DNA of 64,000 nt from Pedobacter sp. (GCA_050253415.1 JBFWJC010000001.1:584579-648578), one strand, 5' to 3'; numbered from the stretch's first letter, positions 8,092 to 18,843 are shown. A program made the numbers and translations. The notes: generated by a model from the sequence alone, not told the origin.

Positions 8092-9978
8092 ATGGTCTTA
8101 ACAGGCCTGCTTTTTTCCGGTGCTCATATCCTCTTTCAGTTAAAAACTATCTACAGACGACGAGTCGTATCAATGTCATACATCATGCTTAATTCCGAAG
8201 CTATTGCCTGGGTCAGATCCCGTTTTCCGTCAGTTTTAAATCGTTTAGGGGTCAGCGAACAGACCTTTATGGCGCTTCTTGCGCTAGGGGTCGGCGTGAT
8301 GGCAGGGTTGGGTAATTTCGTTTTTCGAAAGACCATCGATCTGATCCACTGGCTTGTGATCGAGCAGGGTGTGCAATTTTTCAATATATCTTTTGAGCAC
8401 TGGAGTGCCGCACGCTTATGGTCGGTGCTATTTCCGGTCAGTGCCGGCCTCTTGATGCTGCCGTTTGGTATTTTCTTTGCCAAGGATCTGCGTTTCGGGT
8501 TTGCACATTTTCTTGAGCGGGTCAACCTGCGTGGGGCCAAGATCCCCGGACGTACCATCGTGACCCGCGGATTGGCCAGTGCCATTACCTTGGGGGCGGG
8601 CGGCTCCGCCGGACAGGAGGGACCGATCGCACAGATCGGCGGTGCTATCGGCAGTCAGGTCGGTCAGGTTTTCAAGGTCAGTGGCAATCGTCTGAAACTG
8701 CTGGTGGCCTGCGGGGTTGCCGGAGGGATTGCCGCAACCTTTAATGCTCCTATCGCCGGTGTGTTTTTTGCTCACGAAATCGTATTGCTGTCGTCGTTCG
8801 AGATCACCAGTTTTACCTCGATCGTCATCTCCAGCGGTATTGCCACTGTCGTTTCCCGTGCTCTGCTGGGTAATCTTCCGGCCTTGCGGGCGCCGGTCTA
8901 CATGCTCGCCAACCCCTGGGAGCTGGCCTGTTACCTGGTTCTCGGAATGCTGGTGGGAGTGCTGGCGGTATTTTTCATTACCATGCATTACCGTATTGTC
9001 GATCGGTTTGCCGCCCTGAAAATGCCTCGTCTGGTCAAGCCCATATTGGGCGGTGCGCTGGTTGGCATTATCGGTATCGTCTTTCCGCAAGTGTTTGGCA
9101 ACGGTTACGAGTTTATCGAGAATGTGCTGTTGGGGAATGGCGTGTTGTGGTTGTTGGCCGGCTTGGTAGTAATCAAAGCGGTGGCAACGTCCCTTACCCT
9201 GGGATCCGGCCTGCCCGGCGGCCTGTTTGCGCCCTCCCTGTTTATTGGTGCGGTTACCGGAGGCGCCTACGGCAAGGCGTTGCAGGTGCTTTTCCCCGGG
9301 ACGGTTCCGGCTACCGGACCCTACGCGCTGGTCGGTATGGGGGCGTTTCTGGCTGCAGCCACCCATGCGCCGATGACCGCGATTTTCCTGTTGTTCGAGA
9401 TGACCGGCTCCTACGACCTGATCATCCCCATCATGCTGTGTTGCGTGGTCGGCACTGCCATCAGTCGTCACCTCAAGAAAGACAGCATCGATACCGTTGA
9501 GTTGTCGCGGGCCGGCATCAATCTGGAAGCCGGCAAAGAACGCAATATCATGATGTCTCTGCGGGTCGGTGACGTCATGACCCGCGATCCCGAATCGATC
9601 CCGGAGAATATGACTCTGCGGCAGTTCAACCACTTTATCGCCAGTACCAAGCATACCAACTTCCCACTGATTAATCGCAAGGGCGAACTGACCGGGATTA
9701 TCTCCGTACAGGATTTCATGGGGGTGGTGTTTGAGGGGGACCTGCTCGACCTGGTGGTGGTCAAGGAACTGGCGACGGTGGATGTCATCACTGTCAGTAC
9801 CGAGGATAATCTTGATCGCGCCATGCGCAAAATCGGCTATCGCAATATCGAACAACTGCCGGTAGTGGATGAGCAAAACGGCCGCAAGCTGATCGGCATC
9901 GTCAGTCGGCGCGACATGGTGTCGGCCTATAATCGAGCCCTGATGGCGCGCTCCATGGGGGATGAAGACGATGAGTGA
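8092..9978 (+). CDS. ClC chloride channel/antiporter with a C-terminal CBS pair (true start may be ATG 8173)
   Basis: GGSAGQEGP, AATFNAPIAG, GGLFAP, HAPMT...EMTG motifs; two CBS domains. Confidence 0.9.
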   Translation: MVLTGLLFSGAHILFQLKTIYRRRVVSMSYIMLNSEAIAWVRSRFPSVLNRLGVSEQTFMALLALGVGVMAGLGNFVFRKTIDLIHWLVIEQGVQFFNISFEHWSAARLWSVLFPVSAGLLMLPFGIFFAKDLRFGFAHFLERVNLRGAKIPGRTIVTRGLASAITLGAGGSAGQEGPIAQIGGAIGSQVGQVFKVSGNRLKLLVACGVAGGIAATFNAPIAGVFFAHEIVLLSSFEITSFTSIVISSGIATVVSRALLGNLPALRAPVYMLANPWELACYLVLGMLVGVLAVFFITMHYRIVDRFAALKMPRLVKPILGGALVGIIGIVFPQVFGNGYEFIENVLLGNGVLWLLAGLVVIKAVATSLTLGSGLPGGLFAPSLFIGAVTGGAYGKALQVLFPGTVPATGPYALVGMGAFLAAATHAPMTAIFLLFEMTGSYDLIIPIMLCCVVGTAISRHLKKDSIDTVELSRAGINLEAGKERNIMMSLRVGDVMTRDPESIPENMTLRQFNHFIASTKHTNFPLINRKGELTGIISVQDFMGVVFEGDLLDLVVVKELATVDVITVSTEDNLDRAMRKIGYRNIEQLPVVDEQNGRKLIGIVSRRDMVSAYNRALMARSMGDEDDE

Positions 9979-12184
9979 TTTGCTGACATCTCTCAATGCC
10001 TGCCAGCGCCAGGCGGTCCTGCATGAAGACGGGCCGCTGTTGATACTGGCCGGCGCCGGTTCGGGCAAGACCCGTACCTTGACCCACCGTATCGCCTATC
10101 TTATTCAGCAACAGCGGGTCGAGCCCTGGCAGGTTCTGGCCGTGACCTTTACCAACAAGGCCGCGGCCGAAATGCGCGAGCGTCTGCAGCGCCTGGTCGG
10201 CAATATCGACGGTTTGTGGATCAGTACTTTTCATGCGGCCTGCGCACGGATCCTGCGCCGGGACGGTGAGGTGCTCGGCTATGGCCGCGATTTTACCATC
10301 TACGATGATCAGGATCAGCAACGCCTTTTGAGGGATTGTCTGGCCCAGCTGAACATCGCTGAGAAAGATCTTAAGCCGCGTGCCGTGGCTACCGCCATCG
10401 ATCAGGCCAAAAACCGCGGGTTGCTGCCCGATCAGTTTATCCCCGGGGATCAACGCGGCGATCAGGTGGCCAGGGTCTACGAGCGCTATCAGAAGCGCCT
10501 GCAGCAGGCCAACGCTATGGACTTCGGTGATCTGTTGCTGCAGACGGTGCGCCTGTTCCGGGAACATCCCCAGGTTCGCGACGCTTACTGCCACCGTTTT
10601 GCGCATCTGCTGGTTGACGAATTCCAGGACACCAACCAGGTACAGTACGACATGGTCAAGGCGCTGGCTGGCGATGGCCGGCATCTGTGCGTGGTGGGTG
10701 ACGACGATCAGTCGATCTATGCCTGGCGCGGCGCCGAAATCGGGAATATCCTGAACTTTGAGCGCGATTTTCCCGGCGCCAGCGTCATTCGGCTGGAACA
10801 GCATTACCGTTCTTCCTCCACTATCCTCGAAGCGGCCGGACAGGTTGTGGCCTGCAATGTCGGACGCAAGGGGAAAACCCTGTGGACCGATAACCCCACC
10901 GGCGAGCCCCTCACTCTGGAAGATTTGCCCGACGACCTGGAAGAAGCCCGTTTTGTTGCCGGCGAAATTTCCCGTTTGCGTCAGGCGGGTCGTCATCTGC
11001 GCGATGTGGCGGTATTTTATCGCACCAACGCCCAGTCCCGGGTGCTGGAAGAGACCCTGGTGCGCGGGGGCCTGCCATATGTGATGGTCGGCGGGGTGAA
11101 GTTCTATGCCCGTATGGAAGTCAAGGATGTGCTGGCCTATCTGCGGGCTCTGGCCAATCCGGCCGATTCCCTGTCGGCCAAACGCATTATCAATGTACCG
11201 ACCCGCGGTATCGGTGCCGTAACGACCGGACGCATTGCCGAGTATGAAGAGGAGGCCGGCGGCTTTTTAGCAGCCTGCCGCATGTGTCTGCAGCGTGGCG
11301 CCCTCAAGGGGGCTGCAGCCCGCAAGGTCGCGGACTTCAGTCAGTTCATGGAACGCTTTGCGAAACGCATGGAAGAAGTGCCGTTTTCGCAGCTTACGGC
11401 CGAATTGCTGGAGGAAAGCGGGTATGCACCGGGCTTGCGCGAGGAAGCCCAGTCGGCCATGACCGAGGGCGAAAGACAAGAAGCCAAAGGGCGGCTGGAA
11501 AACCTTGAACAGCTGCTGGCCAGTATGGAAGAGCATCAGGCGACGGAGAGTTCCCTGCAGGAGTATCTCGAGCAGGTGGCGCTGGTAACCGATCTCGATT
11601 CCTACGACACCAGTCTCGACCGGGTCACCCTGATGACCTTGCACGCCGCCAAAGGGCTCGAATTCCCGGTGGTGTTCATGACCGGTATGGAGGAAGGCAT
11701 CTTCCCTCATGGACGCTCCGCCGGCGAACGCGATGATGTCGAGGAAGAACGCCGTCTCTGCTATGTCGGCATGACGCGGGCCATGCAGAAACTCTATCTC
11801 ACCCATGCCCGCCGCCGCCGCATTTATGGCGATTACCAGTACAATCCACCCAGCCGTTTTCTGGCCGAAATTCCCGCGCATCTGCTGGGCCGAGAGGTGA
11901 AGCCAGTCCTGCAGAAGCCTGCAGTGCACAATCTTGCTTCAATTTTTGAACAGCTTGAACCGGCCCCCCTGGATGATGGGGAGGATTTTTTCGAGGATGT
12001 GCAGGTGGTCCCCGAGGCCGAAGAAGGGCTGAGGGTTGGACTGCATGTGCGTCATGTCAAGTTCGGCGTCGGCATTGTGCGCCGCCTTGAAGGTAGCGGA
12101 GACCAGCAGAAGGTCGTGGTGCAATTTCCCTCCGTCGGTCTGAAGAAGTTGCTGGTTAAGTTCGCCGGGCTTGAGCCCGCCTGA
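9971..12184 (+). CDS. pcrA: ATP-dependent DNA helicase PcrA/UvrD
   Basis: AGAGSGKT, TFTNKAA, VDEFQDTN, GDDDQSIY, TLHAAKGLEF, EEERRLCYVGMTRA; C-terminal Tudor-like domain; overlaps the ClC stop. Confidence 0.95.
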   Translation: MSDLLTSLNACQRQAVLHEDGPLLILAGAGSGKTRTLTHRIAYLIQQQRVEPWQVLAVTFTNKAAAEMRERLQRLVGNIDGLWISTFHAACARILRRDGEVLGYGRDFTIYDDQDQQRLLRDCLAQLNIAEKDLKPRAVATAIDQAKNRGLLPDQFIPGDQRGDQVARVYERYQKRLQQANAMDFGDLLLQTVRLFREHPQVRDAYCHRFAHLLVDEFQDTNQVQYDMVKALAGDGRHLCVVGDDDQSIYAWRGAEIGNILNFERDFPGASVIRLEQHYRSSSTILEAAGQVVACNVGRKGKTLWTDNPTGEPLTLEDLPDDLEEARFVAGEISRLRQAGRHLRDVAVFYRTNAQSRVLEETLVRGGLPYVMVGGVKFYARMEVKDVLAYLRALANPADSLSAKRIINVPTRGIGAVTTGRIAEYEEEAGGFLAACRMCLQRGALKGAAARKVADFSQFMERFAKRMEEVPFSQLTAELLEESGYAPGLREEAQSAMTEGERQEAKGRLENLEQLLASMEEHQATESSLQEYLEQVALVTDLDSYDTSLDRVTLMTLHAAKGLEFPVVFMTGMEEGIFPHGRSAGERDDVEEERRLCYVGMTRAMQKLYLTHARRRRIYGDYQYNPPSRFLAEIPAHLLGREVKPVLQKPAVHNLASIFEQLEPAPLDDGEDFFEDVQVVPEAEEGLRVGLHVRHVKFGVGIVRRLEGSGDQQKVVVQFPSVGLKKLLVKFAGLEPA

Positions 12185-12418
12185 TCCCGAGATCGCCAAT
12201 TCTTATCTTCTCCTCCCCGGAGTTCCGATTTTTCAGTCCTTTAGGCTTGCCTTAATTCCTTACCAAATTGGTTTATTTTTGTAATGAAAACTTTTAAGTT
12301 ATTTGATACTATGCGAAACTTGGTTACTCATTTGAAAGAATTTAATATTTAGCTGTTTATTGTTTGCCATAAATTTTTTCGGGTACTTACCCGATATTGT
12401 CATAAAGGGGGTGTCGCT

Positions 12419-14896
12419 GTGTGGCAATTATGTGGCTGGATTGGAGACGTTGTCCAAAGACTTCGGGGTACATGGAGGGGGCGGTTTTTAATAAATACCG
12501 CGGCATGGCAACTCTTTTTGTTTTCCCTGGGTTTGATTGTCTCTACTTCGGCATGGTCACAAGTCCCGGTCGGTTCTCATAAACAGGCCGTCGAGCTGGC
12601 ACGTCAGGGGGATTATGCCGAATCCCTGGCGTTGTTCGACGAGCTTTTCCAAAGGGAGCCGGAAAACCTTCCCATCCTTTATGATTACCTGGTTACCCAA
12701 TCATGGGCCGGCAACGATGCCCAGGTGGCTGCTTTGTTCAAGCGTGTGGCGCCGGAGCAGGCCCCGCGCTATGTACTGGAAGCCGCCGCCAAATCCCTGC
12801 GCAATCTGAAATCTTTTGATCAGGCCGAAGCCGTTTACCGCATCGGGATCCAACGCTTTAACGCCTATCCTTCACTGCGCCTGGGCCTGCTCTATACCCT
12901 TGTGGATGCAGGCCAGCATCAAGCGGCTGCGATCTTTTCCGAAGAACTCGAAGCACTCTATCCCGGAAATATCGAGGTGCAGTTTGCTATTGCCTATGCG
13001 GCGGAAGGGCGCCGGGATTATGTGGCGGCTCTGCAACATTATCAGCGCATTTTACAGTGGCAGCCCGAGCTGAAGCGGGCCCGGCATATGGAGATTCTAA
13101 CCCTGGCGGCTATCGGGGAGCCCTTTCTGGCGGAGGAACGTGCAGTCCGATACCCCGGTTTGCTGACTGCCGACGAATTGCATCGCCTGAAAGCTGCACA
13201 GGCCGCGCTGGTGGTGCGTTGGGGCAGCCACGGCAGTGATACGCCGGAGCTGCGCTTTGCCGAAACCGACCGTGCGTTGGGTATGCTGGAGAACAATCTG
13301 CAAGCGGCACTGGCCGATCAACCGCCCGCTGAAAAGTATGCGCTGCAGGCCCGCATCGACCGCCTGGTGGCGCTGCGCGACCGGGTATGGATGGCGCAGG
13401 CGGTGGACGAGTATGAGGCTTTGCGGTCCGAACAGGTTTCCCTGCCAGGGTATGCCCTGCAGGCTGTCGCCGACGCCTTTCTTTATCTGGAGCAGCCACG
13501 CCAGGCCGGTGAACTTTATCAGCAAGTGCTGCAGCGCGACCCGCAAAACTACGAAGCATCCCAGGGGCTGTTTTTCGCCTATGTGGAGCAGGAAGATTTT
13601 GAGCGTGCACTTGCTCTGGCGGAAACTCTGTGCGCGGGCCAGGCGAAGGCTCCGCATGGCGGCGACGATCCATCCCGGCTTGATACGGAATTGCTGGCGA
13701 CTATGGGCCAGTGGTTTGCCGGGGACCTGGACGGGGCGCAATCGCGTCTGACGCCGATGTATAATCGGGCGCCGGCCAACATCGATATTATTGGTGAATT
13801 GGGAGGCCTGTACGGCGCGCGCGGTTGGCCGCGCCGGGCCGAAGAGACCCTCGGGTTGGGGCTGGCCCTCGATCCTGCATACCTTTCATTGCGCACCGGT
13901 TGGGCGGAAAATCGGCTTGATCTGGCTGAGTTCAGTCAGGCGGAACAACTCATCGGCACACTCGGGGAAGAATATCCGGAACATAAGAGCGTACAGCGCC
14001 TGCAGCGTTTATGGCAAGCCCACAACATGAGGGAATTGCAAGTCTCGGTGGCCAGCGGCTGGAGCAGCGGTTCGACCTTCGGCAGCCACGATCTGTCGCT
14101 GGCCGCTACCCTGTTTTCCACCCCTGTGGGTTACCGCTATCGCGGGTTTGTCAGTACCTATCTGGATCAGGCAACCTTCCCGGAGGGGGATAAAACCCTG
14201 CAGCGTTACGGTGCCGGTATCGAATACCGTCATCGCAACCTCTATGGTACGGCCGAGTTGACCTGGAACGCATCCGGCGGCGAAAAAATCGGTACTCGTT
14301 TGGCCGCCACCTGGTTTCCGGACGATGTGTGGTCACTGCCCTTCGAGCTTGAAGTGTTCAGTCGTGACACCCCGCTGCGGGCCTTGAAGCATGGCATCCA
14401 CGCAGATGCTGCGGGTGTGGGGGTGGCGTATCGCCGGGATGAACTGCAGCGCTGGTATACGAATGTGCAGTTCATGGATTTCAGTGACGACAATTTTCGT
14501 TACAGTGTGTTGGCCGGAGTGGAGCAGGGCTTGATCGTGTGGCCTCACTACCGTCTGAACGGGCGTCTCGATTTGTACACTTCGGGCAACAGCATCACCG
14601 GCACCCCCTATTTCAATCCGCGCCAGGATGCCGACCTCACCCTAACCCTGGAAAACGACTGGCTGCTCTATCGCCACTACCGTTTTTCCTTCCGCAATCG
14701 ACTGGCGGTAAGTGTCGGTGGTTACTGGCAGCAGGATTTCGGTACGGATCCGACGGCGGCTGTGCGCTACGAGCACGTCTGGGAGTATTCACCGCGTTTC
14801 TTTTTATTGTACGGCGTCAGTTTTGCGCGGCGCACCTATGACGGTGACGGCGAAAACCAGCTGGGCTGTCACCTTGAACTGAACTGGAGGTTTTAG
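12419..14896 (+). CDS. pgaA: PNAG export porin with TPR repeats
   Basis: TPR-rich N-terminus, DRLVALRDR, RGWPRRAE, PLRALK, YFNP, RRTYDG; ends in ...WRF beta-barrel signature; first gene of the pga operon. Confidence 0.92.
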   Translation: MWQLCGWIGDVVQRLRGTWRGRFLINTAAWQLFLFSLGLIVSTSAWSQVPVGSHKQAVELARQGDYAESLALFDELFQREPENLPILYDYLVTQSWAGNDAQVAALFKRVAPEQAPRYVLEAAAKSLRNLKSFDQAEAVYRIGIQRFNAYPSLRLGLLYTLVDAGQHQAAAIFSEELEALYPGNIEVQFAIAYAAEGRRDYVAALQHYQRILQWQPELKRARHMEILTLAAIGEPFLAEERAVRYPGLLTADELHRLKAAQAALVVRWGSHGSDTPELRFAETDRALGMLENNLQAALADQPPAEKYALQARIDRLVALRDRVWMAQAVDEYEALRSEQVSLPGYALQAVADAFLYLEQPRQAGELYQQVLQRDPQNYEASQGLFFAYVEQEDFERALALAETLCAGQAKAPHGGDDPSRLDTELLATMGQWFAGDLDGAQSRLTPMYNRAPANIDIIGELGGLYGARGWPRRAEETLGLGLALDPAYLSLRTGWAENRLDLAEFSQAEQLIGTLGEEYPEHKSVQRLQRLWQAHNMRELQVSVASGWSSGSTFGSHDLSLAATLFSTPVGYRYRGFVSTYLDQATFPEGDKTLQRYGAGIEYRHRNLYGTAELTWNASGGEKIGTRLAATWFPDDVWSLPFELEVFSRDTPLRALKHGIHADAAGVGVAYRRDELQRWYTNVQFMDFSDDNFRYSVLAGVEQGLIVWPHYRLNGRLDLYTSGNSITGTPYFNPRQDADLTLTLENDWLLYRHYRFSFRNRLAVSVGGYWQQDFGTDPTAAVRYEHVWEYSPRFFLLYGVSFARRTYDGDGENQLGCHLELNWRF

Positions 14897-14898
14897 CC

Positions 14899-16827
14899 AT
14901 GCGGATCTTGGGGTTATTGCTGCTGGTTATGGTATGCATGCCTTCCATGGTGCGGGCCGATGCCTTTGTCAGCTTGTGTTTTCACGATGTGCGAACGGAT
15001 GTGGGTCGCGGTGATGATCTGTCCATGGCGACAGATCGTTTTGTCGCTTTGTTGAGCTGGCTGCGCCAGCATGATTATAAGCCGGTGAGTATCGATGATC
15101 TGCTCCAGGCCCGTGAGGGGAAAAAGTCGTTGCCGGACAAGGCGGTGCTTTTAACCTTCGATGATGGCTATCGTGGTTTTTACACCCAGGTTTATCCGTT
15201 GCTCAAGGCCCATGGCTATCCGGCCGTCCTGGCGGTGGTCGGCAGCTGGCTGGATGCGGCGCCTGGCGAATCCGTCGATTACGGGGGAAAGTCTGTTCCC
15301 AGGGAAAAGTTTTTATCCTGGCAACAGTTGCGGGAAATGGCCGATTCCGGTCTGGTGGAGATCGCTTCGCACAGTTACAACGGCCATCGTGGCGTATTGG
15401 CCAATCCGCAGGGCAATACCCAGCCGGCTCTTACTGCCAGGGTCTACGCACCCGATGCGCAGAGTTACGAGGATGATGCCGCATACGTGCAGCGGGTGCG
15501 TGAGGATCTGGAAACAAATGCCCGACTGCTGGAAAAAAGATTGGGACGTCGCCCCCGTGTCATGGTCTGGCCGTTTGGCAAGTTTTCCCTGCCGGGAATC
15601 GATGCAGCCGGCCAGACAGGCATGGTGGTGGACATGGGGCTCGGGGATGGGCCCGGCGATACCGGGCGCCTGGCCGGTGTAAACCGCCTGCTGGTGGAGG
15701 GGAGCCTGAAACTGACGGCCCTGACCTGGCGGATTCAGCACCTGCTGGCTCGAGACCCGCAGCGCGTGGTGCAGGTCGATCTCGATTACGTTTACGACCC
15801 CGACCCGCAGCAGACCGATCGCAACCTGGGCAAACTGATCGAGCGCATCAAGGCCATGCAGATCAGCACGGTTTATTTGCAGGCGTTTGCCGATCCGGAC
15901 GGAGATGGTATCGCCGATGCTCTTTATTTCCCTAACAGGACGTTGCCTGTCCGGGCCGACCTGTTCAACCGCGCCGCCTGGCAGCTTAAGACCCGCGCAG
16001 GCGTAAGAGTCTATGCCTGGTTGCCGGTGCTCGGTTATGCCACGGCGAAACAGGATTTGCTGGTACAGAGCTGGCACCCTGAAAACAACACCGTGGCTGT
16101 TGATGCCAAGGCCTATAAGCGGCTCAGTCCGTTTGTGCCGGAAGTCCGGGAAATGGCCAAGGGGATTTACGCTGATCTGGCCCGCCATGCCGATTTTGAC
16201 GGATTGCTGTTTCATGATGATGCTTTGTTGTCGGAGTTCGAGGATGCCAACCCGGCTGCCATGGCCTGGCGAAAGGCTCACGGGCTCTCCTCTGACCCTG
16301 CAGATCTTTGGAACGACGATGATGAGGTGCGGCGTTGGACGCACCTGAAGACCGAATATCTGGTCGATTTTACCCGGGACCTGGCCGATGCGGTGCGGGT
16401 ATACCGCCCCGAAATCAAAACCGCCCGCAACCTGTATGCGCGAGCGGTGCTTGATCTGGAGGGCGAAATGCGGTTCAGCCAGAATCTCGAATCGTTTTTG
16501 AAGAATTACGATTACACGGCGTTGATGGCCATGCCGTACCTCGAAGAAGCAGCGGATGCCGAAGCCTGGTTGGAGGGGTTGGTGACTGCAGTCAAGGGGG
16601 TGCCGGGCGGCTTGAAAAAAACCGTTTTTGAATTACAAAGCGTTGACTGGCGTGGAGATAAAAATCTTGTGTCCACGAAGGCTCTTTCCCATCAGATGCG
16701 TCTTTTGCAGGGAAGGGGGGCGGTTAATTTCGGCTATTACCCGGATGATTTTTTAAACGACCATCCCGCAGAAAAGCCATTACATCCTGCCATGTCTCTC
16801 AACTCCGAGCCGTTTGGGGAGCAATAA
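14899..16827 (+). CDS. pgaB: PNAG N-deacetylase / glycoside hydrolase
   Basis: CE4 motifs FHDV, TFDDGY, HSYNGH, VWPFG; C-terminal VDLDYVYD, YLQAFADPDGDG, FHDDA, TARN, MAMPYLE, YYPDDF. Confidence 0.96.
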   Translation: MRILGLLLLVMVCMPSMVRADAFVSLCFHDVRTDVGRGDDLSMATDRFVALLSWLRQHDYKPVSIDDLLQAREGKKSLPDKAVLLTFDDGYRGFYTQVYPLLKAHGYPAVLAVVGSWLDAAPGESVDYGGKSVPREKFLSWQQLREMADSGLVEIASHSYNGHRGVLANPQGNTQPALTARVYAPDAQSYEDDAAYVQRVREDLETNARLLEKRLGRRPRVMVWPFGKFSLPGIDAAGQTGMVVDMGLGDGPGDTGRLAGVNRLLVEGSLKLTALTWRIQHLLARDPQRVVQVDLDYVYDPDPQQTDRNLGKLIERIKAMQISTVYLQAFADPDGDGIADALYFPNRTLPVRADLFNRAAWQLKTRAGVRVYAWLPVLGYATAKQDLLVQSWHPENNTVAVDAKAYKRLSPFVPEVREMAKGIYADLARHADFDGLLFHDDALLSEFEDANPAAMAWRKAHGLSSDPADLWNDDDEVRRWTHLKTEYLVDFTRDLADAVRVYRPEIKTARNLYARAVLDLEGEMRFSQNLESFLKNYDYTALMAMPYLEEAADAEAWLEGLVTAVKGVPGGLKKTVFELQSVDWRGDKNLVSTKALSHQMRLLQGRGAVNFGYYPDDFLNDHPAEKPLHPAMSLNSEPFGEQ

Positions 16828-16829
16828 AT

Positions 16830-18086
16830 ATGGAAATGATAGCCCTCGGCCTGCGTGTGCTGCTCGATTTTGTGTTTTATTATCCCCTGTTCATGGCTTA
16901 TCTCTGGATGGTCGGCGGCCTTGACTATTATTTGCGCCGGGAGTACCGCAAACCGCTGCCTGATGTCCCGCCGCCGCTGCCGTCCTACCCGAAAGTATCG
17001 ATCATCGTTCCCTGTCACAACGAAGCGGCACACCTGCACGATACTATCGGCTACCTGTTTCAGCAGAAGTATCCGGATTTTGAAATTATTGCCGTCAATG
17101 ACGGCAGCAGTGACGCAACCGGCGAGATGCTCAATGCCATGGCGCAGCAGAATCCCCTGCTTAGAGTGGTGCATTTTGCCTCCAACCAGGGGAAAGCTAT
17201 GGGGTTGCGCATGGCTGCATTGGTGGCTCGGGGAGAGTTTTTGGTCTGTATTGATGGCGATGCCCTGCTCGATCCCTATGCCACTCACTGGATGGTACGT
17301 CATTTTCTTACAGGGCCGCGCGTTGGTGCGGTAACCGGCAATCCGCGCATTCGCACCCGCTCAACCTTGCTTGGCAAAATCCAGGTTGGAGAATTTTCCG
17401 CCATACTGGGGCTCATCAAGCGGGCACAGCGTGTCTATGGTCGGGTTTTTACCATGTCCGGCGTGGTTTCCGCGTTCCGCAAATCAGCCTTGCATCATGT
17501 CGGTTATTGGAGTGTCGATATGATCACCGAGGATATCGATATCAGTTGGCGACTGCAGTTGAGCCACTGGGATATCCGCTTTGAACCCAATGCCCTGTGT
17601 TGGATATTGATGCCGGAAACCCTCAAAGGGCTATGGAATCAGCGTCTGCGCTGGGCTCAGGGAGGCAGCGAGGTATTGCTGCGCTATCTGCGTCACATGT
17701 TTAGCTGGCGCGCGCGCCGCATGTGGGGTGTTTATTTCGAATATTTCACCAGCATCGTCTGGTCGTACACCATGCTGCTGGTTTTTCTTGCGTGGATATG
17801 GGGATTGTTTTTACCGTTGCCGATGAACTTGCAACTCCCCACGCTGATTCCCGCCTGGGCCGGGGTGGTGCTGAGTTTGACCTGCCTGTTGCAGTTTGCC
17901 GTGGCGATGCTGCTCGATTCGCGCTACGAGCGGGGGCTGGGCCGTTGCTACTATGTGATGATCTGGTACCCGCTGGCATTTTGGATGATCAATCTGCTGA
18001 CCATCGTCGTGGGCTTTCCCAGGGCACTGCTTAAAAAACGCGGCGAGCGTGCGGTCTGGGTATCTACCGATCGCGGTATTTATTAG
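16830..18086 (+). CDS. pgaC: PNAG synthase (GT2)
   Basis: PCHNE, NDGSSD, CIDGDA, TEDIDISW, QRLRWAQGG. Confidence 0.96.
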   Translation: MEMIALGLRVLLDFVFYYPLFMAYLWMVGGLDYYLRREYRKPLPDVPPPLPSYPKVSIIVPCHNEAAHLHDTIGYLFQQKYPDFEIIAVNDGSSDATGEMLNAMAQQNPLLRVVHFASNQGKAMGLRMAALVARGEFLVCIDGDALLDPYATHWMVRHFLTGPRVGAVTGNPRIRTRSTLLGKIQVGEFSAILGLIKRAQRVYGRVFTMSGVVSAFRKSALHHVGYWSVDMITEDIDISWRLQLSHWDIRFEPNALCWILMPETLKGLWNQRLRWAQGGSEVLLRYLRHMFSWRARRMWGVYFEYFTSIVWSYTMLLVFLAWIWGLFLPLPMNLQLPTLIPAWAGVVLSLTCLLQFAVAMLLDSRYERGLGRCYYVMIWYPLAFWMINLLTIVVGFPRALLKKRGERAVWVSTDRGIY

Positions 18087-18094
18087 GAGGCACG

Positions 18095-18658
18095 ATGAAG
18101 GACGATCTCATCATAAACAAACCGGAAGCTCAACAACGCAGTCAGCGTATCGCGCAAGGTCTATTGACGGTTGGTTTCTGGTTTTTGTTTTTAAGTTTGC
18201 TGCGTCCCCTTCTGGCACTGGTTGGCTGGTTGATAGGGATACACCTGTTTACCCACGAGATGATCGAAAATGGCGGAGGGCGGATTCTTATAGAGACGCT
18301 ATATGATTATGGACTGGTTGTGCTGGTGCTGGGGATAGTGCTGCGTAGCTGGGCCTGGTACAATCACCGGCGTTTTGCAGGTCGGGATCAGCGCCGCAAA
18401 ACCATGCCGCCGATCCCGATAGAGCTAATTGCCCGATATCATCAGGTCGACCCCAGCGCTTTATCGCTATGGCAAAAGGATCGCTGCTTGTACGTGCGTC
18501 ACAATGCTCAGGGGAAGGTGCTGGAGGTTCAATCATCCGAACCGCCTCCATGGGGTGTTGAAGCCAGCAGCGTGACCGTGACGCAGCATCCTCTCTTTTG
18601 TACGTATGGGGACTCTGCGGCAGAATCGACGGTTGTGCCACCGCCCCCCGCTCTATAG
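18095..18658 (+). CDS. pgaD: PNAG biosynthesis membrane protein
   Basis: Two TM helices, WAWYNHRRF motif, immediately after pgaC. Confidence 0.85.
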   Translation: MKDDLIINKPEAQQRSQRIAQGLLTVGFWFLFLSLLRPLLALVGWLIGIHLFTHEMIENGGGRILIETLYDYGLVVLVLGIVLRSWAWYNHRRFAGRDQRRKTMPPIPIELIARYHQVDPSALSLWQKDRCLYVRHNAQGKVLEVQSSEPPPWGVEASSVTVTQHPLFCTYGDSAAESTVVPPPPAL

Positions 18659-18843
18659 GCGTTAGAAACGTTATATCTTTTTTATTGTCTGAATGGAGCC
18701 TGAGGCCGGGAGATGGCGAGATGACTATTCCGGGGGTGTGAGGTATTTATCTGACTCTCTGGTAAAATAGCTTCTGTCCCCTGGCTTTTGTTTTTCGGTA
18801 ACAGCGAAAAGCCAATCCAACGGCGCTTGCAAAGGAGATAACG

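Noticed and set aside
7943..8172. Fluoride riboswitch before the ClC gene
   Set aside because: No GGCGATGG...TAATGA consensus seen
8428..10068. 546-aa minus-strand ORF
   Set aside because: Antisense shadow of the ClC gene
12185..12418. c-di-GMP (GEMM) riboswitch before pgaA
   Set aside because: No GGCAAA...GACGCAAAG pattern; the region is simply AT-rich
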